Below are positions 45,759 to 53,604 of a stretch of DNA of 64,000 nt, piece by piece. Position 1 is the first letter of the stretch, and each line of letters starts with the position of its first letter. The notes under the pieces were generated by a model, which did no database searches, was not told where the DNA came from, and worked only from the letters and a program-made list of their open reading frames with translations. The translations under genes and the position numbers were made by a program. Source of the DNA: Promethearchaeota archaeon (GTDB lineage Archaea > Asgardarchaeota > Hermodarchaeia > Hermodarchaeales > Hermodarchaeaceae). The DNA is taken from positions 30,766 through 94,765 of the forward strand of contig JBHLPH010000007.1 in assembly GCA_048939625.1 (NCBI GenBank), written 5' to 3'.

Positions 45759-46700
45759 CTAGTCTGGAACGATGTGTGTACCAGCTTCTCCGCGAATCGC
45801 GTGAGCAATATTTTCAGGGGAAGTAATAATTGCCAGTTCCCCGCCTTGTTCGAGGAACTGAATAACGGATTCGATTTTTGGTGCCATGGATCCAGGGGCA
45901 AAGTGTCCTTCTTTCAAATACTGTTTCGCTTCACTAACCGTCATTCGATTAATTGCCCGTTGATTTGGTTTTCCAAAATTCAAATACACCTTATCAATCG
46001 ATGTCGAAATAAGAAAGCCTTTTGCATCCAAGGCTTTACACAATAGGGCTGAGGCTCGATCCTTATCAATCACGGCTGCTACTCCTCGGAGATCCCCATC
46101 CTCTCCCTCAATAACTGGAATACCACCTCCACCCACAGTAATAACCACAAAACCATCATTGAGGAGATTATCAACAGCCTGACTCTCAATAACCTTCTTG
46201 GGGATTGGTGAAGGGACAACACGACGCCATCCACGTCCAGCATCTTCCACAATATGCCATCCCTCTTTGCTTCGCCGTTCAGCCATGTCCTTATCCATAA
46301 ACGAGCCAATCGGTTTGTTCGGATGAATAAATGCTGGATCCTCTTTGTCCACTAAGACCTGAGTGACAACGGTGACCGCTAGCTTGTTCATCTTGCGGCG
46401 TCGAAACTCGCCTAAAAGGATTTGCTGGAGCATATACCCTATTGCACCCTGAGTGTCTGCGCCACAGAAATCTAGAGGTACTTCATGAAGCTCATGTGCG
46501 GATAATTCCGACCGGCGTAAAATGAATCCCACTTGGGGGCCATTTCCATGGGTGATAGCGACATCCCACCCTTGCTCAACTAGATCTACAATAAAGGGAA
46601 CGGTCTCCGCTGCTGCAGCATATTGATCGGGAACGGTTTTACGTGCAGCATCCTTGATGAGGGAGTTACCACCAATGGCAACAACAATTCGTTTAGCCAT
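45759..46700 (-). CDS. arcC: carbamate kinase
   Basis: VAIGGNSL, THGNGPQVG, KPIG, GWRRVVPSP, VIDKD, GSMAPK. Confidence 0.95.
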   Translation of the reverse strand: MAKRIVVAIGGNSLIKDAARKTVPDQYAAAAETVPFIVDLVEQGWDVAITHGNGPQVGFILRRSELSAHELHEVPLDFCGADTQGAIGYMLQQILLGEFRRRKMNKLAVTVVTQVLVDKEDPAFIHPNKPIGSFMDKDMAERRSKEGWHIVEDAGRGWRRVVPSPIPKKVIESQAVDNLLNDGFVVITVGGGGIPVIEGEDGDLRGVAAVIDKDRASALLCKALDAKGFLISTSIDKVYLNFGKPNQRAINRMTVSEAKQYLKEGHFAPGSMAPKIESVIQFLEQGGELAIITSPENIAHAIRGEAGTHIVPD

Positions 46701-46819
46701 TTTCTTTTCATCCTTGGGTCTGATAACGAAGGAAGCATATCTCACATGCTGGGTTGATATAAAGGCTTCTCAACCAAAGGTCTAAACACTTATTGTGTAC
46801 CAAATACAAAGAGACCTTT

Positions 46820-47785
46820 ATGGTGTCCTTAACTGATGTGAAGGAAGCGTATGAACGGATTCGACGGGCAAGCATCCAAACCCCCTTGATGACCTCCCTC
46901 ACAGCGAACCGCTGGACCAACTGTAGTATTTTTTTCAAATGTGAAAATTTCCAACGAATAGGTGCTTTCAAATTTCGAGGGGCTTACAACGCAATTTCAC
47001 AGTTGACTCAGAAAGAAAAGGATCGTGGTGTTATAACACATTCATCAGGCAATCATGGTCAAGCGGTTGCCCAAGCTGCAAAGATGCTCGGAATAAAGGC
47101 GACTATCGTGATGCCCACAAATTCATCCCCCGTGAAAATCGCGGCAACCAAAGAATATGGTGCAACCGTTGAGTTCTGTGACCCTGATCAGAAATCAAGA
47201 GAAAAGGTGACAAATGCGTTAATCAAGAAGCACAGGTTTGTCTTGATTCATCCATATGATAATCCACAGGTGATTGCTGGTGCAGGCACTGCTGCGTATG
47301 AGTTAATCAGCGAAGTAGGTGCCTTAGATGTAATGTTTGCTCCAGTTGGTGGGGGAGGATTGGTAAGTGGCACCGCCATCGCAACCAAAGGCTTATGCCC
47401 AACGGCTAAGGTCTTTGCTGTCGAACCAGAACAGGCCGATGATGCCTATCGGTCCTTCAAAACCGGCACTATTGTACCTAGTGAAAATCCCATCACAATT
47501 GCTGACGGCTTACGTACTTCATTGAGTGAGCTGACTTTTTCAATAATCCAAAAACATGTTGATGACATCATCACTGTATCCGAAGAAGAAATCCTAGATG
47601 CAATGAAATTCTTATGGGAACGCATGAAATTAGTCATCGAGCCATCTGGGGCCGTGCCCCTAGCTGGGCTGTTTAAACTCAAAGATCTCTTGGATAATCA
47701 ACGAATCGGTATCGTCCTAAGTGGCGGAAATGTTGATCTAACGAGTTTCTTCGATCAATGGCGAAAAGAAATCAAGGAAAACTAG
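46820..47785 (+). CDS. PLP-dependent threonine/serine dehydratase (short form)
   Basis: KCENFQRIGAFKFRGA, SSGNHGQ, PVGGGGL, EPSGA, LSGGN; no ACT domain. Confidence 0.92.
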   Translation: MVSLTDVKEAYERIRRASIQTPLMTSLTANRWTNCSIFFKCENFQRIGAFKFRGAYNAISQLTQKEKDRGVITHSSGNHGQAVAQAAKMLGIKATIVMPTNSSPVKIAATKEYGATVEFCDPDQKSREKVTNALIKKHRFVLIHPYDNPQVIAGAGTAAYELISEVGALDVMFAPVGGGGLVSGTAIATKGLCPTAKVFAVEPEQADDAYRSFKTGTIVPSENPITIADGLRTSLSELTFSIIQKHVDDIITVSEEEILDAMKFLWERMKLVIEPSGAVPLAGLFKLKDLLDNQRIGIVLSGGNVDLTSFFDQWRKEIKEN

Positions 47786-47788
47786 TTT

Positions 47789-48745
47789 CTATTCCATTAA
47801 TCCCGCGTCTTTGAGCATTTCATCCAATCGATGTTGAGTTGGATCCCGATAATGACCTCCACGATATTGCTGGGGTATCAGATAATCTGTTACTGCTCTC
47901 ACATTAGGGATCTCCCGAATCTGATTAGTAATCTCTTCTATTTGGGTTGGATCATTTGTGAGCAGAGTTACAATGACGGTGGGCTCATCTAAGAAAGTAC
48001 TGGCATGCCAAAACTCGCCAGAATATCGCAAATATATCCATTCAATTATTTCCTTCGGTGATGTTTTCAAATCATCATAGCGAATTATGTATTCGAGTTC
48101 AACATCTCCCAATGCCAGATAGTTCATCCGCATCGTGAAGTGAACACCACCCCCTTCCCTTAATTCATGGAGAATTTTGCTGACTCGACGAGGTGTCAGG
48201 TCTGTATGTTTTGCGATATCACCGATTGACATTCTGACATCGTGGCAAAGGCATTGTAAAACTCGAAGTTGGTTATAAGAAAAAGTGACTTTCTGCCCCC
48301 GGCTGCGAACCTTACTATCTGGAGGGGCGTCGGGAACAAATGTGAATATAGGGTGGATATCGACTTTCTGAACGGCTGGGACGGATTCGAGGTTATGCTT
48401 CAGTTCAAAGAATTCGGTGGTCCCTGTAACAAAGGCAGCTCCGGCATATCTGTTTGAGCCCGATCGATATACATATCGGACCTGATGCTGACTGCCAATT
48501 TGGTCCATAAGGGCGTTAGTGTTTTCCGAACCATCGGTTTTAATTAAAATGAGTAAGGGTTCTAGATCAAGCATTGCCATGCTTAACTCGATTGTATATT
48601 CTTGGATAACACCTGCTTTTTCAAGTTTTTTTACTCGATTCTTAATTGTGTTGAATGATTGGTTGTATTTTTTCGCTAAATCTTGGAAAGAGACTCGAGC
48701 ATCACCAAATAATTCCCAGAGCAATGCCTTATCCAACGGATCCAT
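47789..48745 (-). CDS. tandem double Lrp/AsnC transcriptional regulator
   Basis: Two HTH+RAM repeats: DARVSFQDLAKK...NRVKKLEKAGVI and DVRMSIGDIAKH... Confidence 0.88.
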   Translation of the reverse strand: MDPLDKALLWELFGDARVSFQDLAKKYNQSFNTIKNRVKKLEKAGVIQEYTIELSMAMLDLEPLLILIKTDGSENTNALMDQIGSQHQVRYVYRSGSNRYAGAAFVTGTTEFFELKHNLESVPAVQKVDIHPIFTFVPDAPPDSKVRSRGQKVTFSYNQLRVLQCLCHDVRMSIGDIAKHTDLTPRRVSKILHELREGGGVHFTMRMNYLALGDVELEYIIRYDDLKTSPKEIIEWIYLRYSGEFWHASTFLDEPTVIVTLLTNDPTQIEEITNQIREIPNVRAVTDYLIPQQYRGGHYRDPTQHRLDEMLKDAGLME

Positions 48746-48883
48746 GACCGGAATCCCTTCTTGGAATTGACAGAAGTCATCGGCTCATTTCCTGGTTAAT
48801 GATAGCCTAAATGATGCCTCCTTCCCAACCGGTTATGCAAATATAATCGATGATATTAAAGAATTCCTTCTTTTTTGCATGAA

Positions 48884-48957
48884 ATTGCAGAGTTCAATGC
48901 AATAATTAGCGATATTCTTTGGTTTTACTGCGTATTATTGCAACCTCGATTTGCAAT
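48884..48957. promoter_or_regulatory. two ATTGCA...TGCAAT palindromes (candidate Lrp operators) in a divergent promoter
   Basis: ATTGCA-N8-TGCAAT (48884-48903) and ATTGCAA-N7-TTGCAAT (48937-48957), plus extra TGCA half-sites. Confidence 0.6.
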
Positions 48958-49085
48958 CAGTTCAAAAAATCTGCGAAACTATTTTGATGCGCTGAAATCC
49001 CGGAAACCTTTGGTAGCTGGGAATTAAGCACCTATAGAGGATTTGCTGGTCTTGACGACCATGGTTTCTAGCAAGTATCAGGGAG

Positions 49086-49607
49086 GTGAACAGTCTGAAT
49101 AGATTACGAATCCTAAGAACAACAGGAGTTACTTTGCTAATTCTATCATTGATGGTTCCATTGTTTTCAATTGGTGCAACGCAAGCCTGTCGTTGGCGTG
49201 GCCCTACTATCGGAAACATGGATCTTGCTTTTCTTGGGCGACAATCGGAATCGGGTGATCCAGGATACCCCGATAGCGTACTAACTTGGGACGGTACAAT
49301 CAGTAGAGATGTCACTGGTCATATGATCTTCTGGCTATTGAAATTCGAAATGGAGGGTCCCAATCAGGATTGGACTCACTTCTGGGAAATCTGGCAAATC
49401 TTTGATGACGCTGGAACATTACTAATGCAAGGCAACGATGAAGGCTATGCCGCACCCAATGGCAAGTATGCTATGATTGGTCGCGTAACCTACGCCACGG
49501 GACCTTATTCACGTTTAGAAGATCATATAGTGTTTATGTATGGGACCATCGATTGGGTGATTCCATTCATGGAAGGTACGGCACCAGGGACCTTCATAGT
49601 ATTCTAG
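49086..49607 (+). CDS. secreted beta-rich hypothetical protein
   Basis: GTG start; signal peptide ending ATQA; Trp/Gly-rich beta strands. Confidence 0.78.
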   Translation: MNSLNRLRILRTTGVTLLILSLMVPLFSIGATQACRWRGPTIGNMDLAFLGRQSESGDPGYPDSVLTWDGTISRDVTGHMIFWLLKFEMEGPNQDWTHFWEIWQIFDDAGTLLMQGNDEGYAAPNGKYAMIGRVTYATGPYSRLEDHIVFMYGTIDWVIPFMEGTAPGTFIVF

Positions 49608-49627
49608 TGGCACACAAGCGATTTTCA

Positions 49628-49671
49628 GAAGGTCTCTTGGAGCAATTCAAGAGGCCTTCATCCTGTTTTTT
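49628..49671 (+). terminator. stem-loop plus T-run
   Basis: GAAGGTCTCTTG / CAAGAGGCCTTC then T6. Confidence 0.65.
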
Positions 49672-49794
49672 ACAAAATACACAACGCTCTATAGAAACCT
49701 CGCAGCTTCCTCAGTCTCTTGTGTAAAGATGAAATAGTGGGAGCGAACCCTTTAAGGTCAAACTCTTATCGAATATATTCATCTGGCGAGAATT

Positions 49795-50937
49795 ATGCCA
49801 AAAATGTCAAACCGCGATCTTTTGCAATTAAAGGTGGCCTTGCTCACCCGGGGAGTCGTTTTTCCATCTGATGAATTAAGTGGACGCACGGGTGGCGCAG
49901 GACCAACACTAGGTCGGTACTTTCTTCTTAATGACAGTGTTGTTGTAAATGCTCCGGTACGGACGAAAGCGCAAGCCAGAAAATTTCATGCTCTCCAAAT
50001 TCAACACGCCAATAATGACCAATATGAAGTTCATTTAGACGAAAGAACCTTTCTAATAACTCTCGTTAAGACCCCTCAATATTATCGGAGGGAGTTAGAG
50101 AATGGTACGCCTATGACTCACATCGCATTAGTGCATGGAACTGACTGCTTAGCTACAACATTAGTTCAACATTGCGATTATTTTGATCGGGGGTTAGAGT
50201 GCCAGTATTGCAGCATTTCCATTAGTCTAGCTCAAGGAAACACCATTCTCCGAAAATCTCCATCTCAATTTCTGAAGGTACTTGAAGCGGCTCAAAAAGA
50301 AGGTTGCGCCAGCCATCTAACATTGACGATGGGTAGCCCAGATCGTCCAGATCGGGGGGCAAAGGATTATGTAAAGTTTGTTTCAGCGGTTCGTCAACAA
50401 AGTGACGTTCCTATTCATGTACAATTAGAGCCCCCTGACTCACCAACACATCTTCGGGCATTGAAGGACGCAGGCGTTGATACTGTGGGGATTCATCTTG
50501 AAATTTATGATGATGTTCTTCGGAAGAAATACTGTCCCGGCAAATTTGCCCATGCCAGCTTTTTTGAATATTTCAGCTCCTGGCGAAATGCTGTACGTGT
50601 CTTTGGGAGAGGACAGGTAAGCACATTTATTCTCCTAGGTCTCGGTGAAACACCAGAACAATTACATCAAGGCTTCAAGACAACCATTGAACTCGGTGTC
50701 ATTCCTGTTCCAGTTCCTTGCCGACCCAATCCGGGGTCACACCTGGAAGATTATGTTCCACCTTATGTTGAGGATTTGGATAAAATCATTGATATCTATC
50801 TGGATTGTGCTGAACTTTTATTTTCTCACAAGCTTGATCCTTCCATTCATCAGGCAGGATGTATTCGATGTACGGGGTGCACTGCACTAATGGAAGCCTA
50901 TCGGGTTGTCCAATCGGAGTATCAAGGCAAGCATTGA
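49795..50937 (+). CDS. radical SAM enzyme (MSMEG_0568-like family)
   Basis: GGAGP, IALVHGTDCLATT, C-x8-C-x2-C (CDYFDRGLECQYC), PIHVQLEPP, C-terminal AGCIRCTGC. Confidence 0.85.
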   Translation: MPKMSNRDLLQLKVALLTRGVVFPSDELSGRTGGAGPTLGRYFLLNDSVVVNAPVRTKAQARKFHALQIQHANNDQYEVHLDERTFLITLVKTPQYYRRELENGTPMTHIALVHGTDCLATTLVQHCDYFDRGLECQYCSISISLAQGNTILRKSPSQFLKVLEAAQKEGCASHLTLTMGSPDRPDRGAKDYVKFVSAVRQQSDVPIHVQLEPPDSPTHLRALKDAGVDTVGIHLEIYDDVLRKKYCPGKFAHASFFEYFSSWRNAVRVFGRGQVSTFILLGLGETPEQLHQGFKTTIELGVIPVPVPCRPNPGSHLEDYVPPYVEDLDKIIDIYLDCAELLFSHKLDPSIHQAGCIRCTGCTALMEAYRVVQSEYQGKH

Positions 50938-50965
50938 AAAATCTCAAATTCACATGTTTGTTACT

Positions 50966-51475
50966 ATGTCCCTGTCACCATCAACCCGTGATTTCCCCGA
51001 AGAGGATGCCGATATCCACATCGTTGAATTCACCTCAGAAGATGCTCCAGAACTCTCTAAGTTGATGGACCTTGTCTGGTCCCAAGCGGCACATATCCCT
51101 CGTGAATGGCGGCAAAAACGTGTTCTAAGCCCAGATGCTATCATTGAGGAAATGGGGCATGGATTTCATTACTTCGGCGCTCGGTTGGAGGGTCAGATTG
51201 CTGGATTTTACAAAACATTTCTCAAAGCTGAAGGATTGGTGGGGGAACACCAAACAGTGCACCCAGATTTTCGACATCGTGGACTTGTCCGGGCGATGTA
51301 TCGTCAATTCATTTCCTATGCAGAAGAACTCGATGCCCCAGCGAATTTATGCAATATTCTCTTCGACCATGAAACGATGAGGGCGCTTGTTGAAAGCTTC
51401 GGGTTCCATCCTGAAGGTGAGCCATATGAACAAACTCCTGGAATGCGCGTTCAACTATACAAACGTCCTCGCTAA
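50966..51475 (+). CDS. GNAT-family N-acetyltransferase
   Basis: VHPDFRHRGL acetyl-CoA motif, LVESFGF. Confidence 0.88.
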   Translation: MSLSPSTRDFPEEDADIHIVEFTSEDAPELSKLMDLVWSQAAHIPREWRQKRVLSPDAIIEEMGHGFHYFGARLEGQIAGFYKTFLKAEGLVGEHQTVHPDFRHRGLVRAMYRQFISYAEELDAPANLCNILFDHETMRALVESFGFHPEGEPYEQTPGMRVQLYKRPR

Positions 51476-51538
51476 GGCACAACCATCCCCCTAGCAACCA
51501 TTCCTGACATTCAGTGTTCTCACAGATATAAATTGGGT

Positions 51539-51563
51539 GAAGGGCGGTTCCCAGCCGCCCTTC
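51539..51563. terminator. GC-rich hairpin between convergent GNAT and permease genes
   Basis: GAAGGGCGG-TTCCCAG-CCGCCCTTC perfect 9-bp stem. Confidence 0.6.
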
Positions 51564-51592
51564 GGTGCTGGTTCGCATTGGAGGTTTCTTCC

Positions 51593-52573
51593 CTAGTTAT
51601 AGCGGACGCGTGGATCAAGAAAGCCGTATAACATATCGGCGATGAAGTTCGCGATGATTACTGTGACGGCCATGATGTAGAAGATGGCTTGGAGGACAGG
51701 GTAATTGTGTCCCATGACCGATTCAAAGATGAGTCGACCGAGGCCATACCAGTTGAACACAGTCTCGGTGAGGGTTGCTCCGGTGATGAGGAAGCCAAAG
51801 GTCAACGCAATCATCGTGACAAGGGGTAAGATGGCATTTCTCAAAGCATGCTTGTATAGGACAGTACGCTCATCAACTCCTTTAGCCCGCGCCGTGACGA
51901 TGTAGTCTTCGGTGAGGACATCAATGAGGCTGTTGCGCATAACCAGCATATACCCACCATACGATACCAAGGCTAGTGTGGTAGCAGGCAGGACTAAGTG
52001 CCAAGCCACATCCATTGCAATGGCTAGGGGGTCGGTGGGTGCTGGCACGGATATAGTGCCGCCCATCGGAAAGAGGGGGAGAAAGAATCCAAACGTCATG
52101 ATGAACATCATGCCAAGCCAGAAGGTGGGAACCGAGTAAAGGGTCAAGGCGCTGATCACCATTCCAATATCTGCGCTACCTCCACGCTTTGAAGCGGCTA
52201 AGATGCCCGTAATAACGCCTATGATAATTGTGATAATCGCGGCTGTCCCCATTAATATGAGGGTGTTGGGAAGTCGAGCTGCAATCATTTCAATGACTGG
52301 ACGAAATCCTTGGCCAAAAGAAATGCCGAAGTTAAACGTGAACATGTTTTGTAAATACACGACGAACTGGATCGGCAAAGGGAGATCCAATCCCCACATT
52401 GCCCGAAGTGCCGCGGCTAAATCCGGTCGGTTGGCCACGATCTGACCACTTAGGATAATCGAGACTGGATCGCCGGGCATCATACGGAAGACAAAGAAAT
52501 TGAAAGTAATCGCTCCAAAAACTAGAATGACGCTGTTAATTAGCCGTCGAATCACAAATTCACGAAGACCCAT
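51593..52573 (-). CDS. oligopeptide/dipeptide ABC permease (OppB/DppB family), orphan
   Basis: MPGDP, GLDLP, RLPNTL, EAA loop DYIVTARAKG, HALRNA, DPRVR. Confidence 0.93.
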   Translation of the reverse strand: MGLREFVIRRLINSVILVFGAITFNFFVFRMMPGDPVSIILSGQIVANRPDLAAALRAMWGLDLPLPIQFVVYLQNMFTFNFGISFGQGFRPVIEMIAARLPNTLILMGTAAIITIIIGVITGILAASKRGGSADIGMVISALTLYSVPTFWLGMMFIMTFGFFLPLFPMGGTISVPAPTDPLAIAMDVAWHLVLPATTLALVSYGGYMLVMRNSLIDVLTEDYIVTARAKGVDERTVLYKHALRNAILPLVTMIALTFGFLITGATLTETVFNWYGLGRLIFESVMGHNYPVLQAIFYIMAVTVIIANFIADMLYGFLDPRVRYN

Positions 52574-52821
52574 TTTTTTTCACCAGGCCGTGTAACTATT
52601 TGGCGTTTGATGTCAGTTCATCACACTATCATAGACTAAGGTTTGCGTTGCACTTTATCCTACATATTAGAACGGGGCTAGACGGCGTGTTCTATGGTTT
52701 AGAACGGCTTAGGATGAAATGGTTTTCTTGCTAACTAGGGAAGTGTAAATTTGTTCAAACGAAACTAGTAAGAACGAAAAGCCTTATATACTTCTTTATG
52801 TAAACAATTAACAGAGTTAAG

Positions 52822-53064
52822 ATGTTGTCGAATACTGAAGCACTCCAACATAGCACCCGGAGGAAAATCATGCACAAGCTTTCCAAGGACAAGGCCTTCC
52901 TCCGTGAAATCGCCAAAGATTTGAACATCCCCACTTCAACTGCTGCTTACCACTTAAAACGACTGACCCAGATTGGTCTCATCAACGAACGACGAGGCGT
53001 TTATCATGTTTGGTTTGATCTAACGGATAAGGGCCGACAGCTGCTCGATAGCGAAGCAGCATAA
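52822..53064 (+). CDS. small ArsR-family winged-helix regulator
   Basis: ALQHSTRRKIM...REIAKDL...TAAYHLKRLTQIGLI...LTDKG. Confidence 0.88.
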   Translation: MLSNTEALQHSTRRKIMHKLSKDKAFLREIAKDLNIPTSTAAYHLKRLTQIGLINERRGVYHVWFDLTDKGRQLLDSEAA

Positions 53065-53463
53065 GCTGAGTAGGAAAGCACAGCGTGATTTTCCACTCAC
53101 CGTTTTTTCTTCATTGATTTTTCTGTAAAGTATAGCTATATTTCATTTATCCAAAGCACCACATAATCCTCTTCATGAGGGAAGTGGTATCATAATGGCA
53201 AATAAAGTAAAATCTCATGATCGTGATAAGCTCTCTGGAAAAATTAATCCAGATACAATTCTAAAATCGGTACGTGTTCATTAATGTCAGTGGCGTGAAG
53301 CGGATTTATCTTGAAACCCTAATAAAAGTTGCAATTCTAATGGCATCATACAGATTGTGGGTCGTTGGGGTATCTGATTGAGGAGATCCTCATGGAAAGA
53401 GAAGAATACTGAGGTAGCCTATCCTTCCTCATTATTAAGTTCGATGCCACTCCCCCTCTAAAA

Positions 53464-53585
53464 TTTATATAGCTAATCTTGAATAATAGTTCGCGGTTAG
53501 AGGGTGTATTGGTTTCCAAGGCATCGCAGAGTCACACTACTAGTTCTCAACCTCAGTTAGCCAAGGCTTTCGTACACCTCTAATC
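53464..53585 (+). promoter_or_regulatory. TATA box and structured 5' leader of the large secreted protein
   Basis: TTTATATA at 53464; GGTTAGAGGGTGTA (53495-53508) pairs with TACACCTCTAATC (53573-53585); inner TTGGTT/AGCCAA. Confidence 0.55.
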
Positions 53586-53604
53586 ACCAAGGAAAGGAAT
53601 AATC

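Noticed and set aside
45759-46700. Arginine deiminase operon
   Set aside because: Only carbamate kinase is present; no arcA/arcB in the window.
53195-53284. 29-aa ORF MANKVKSHDRDK...
   Set aside because: Too short, no motif; cannot be told from chance or a gene relic.
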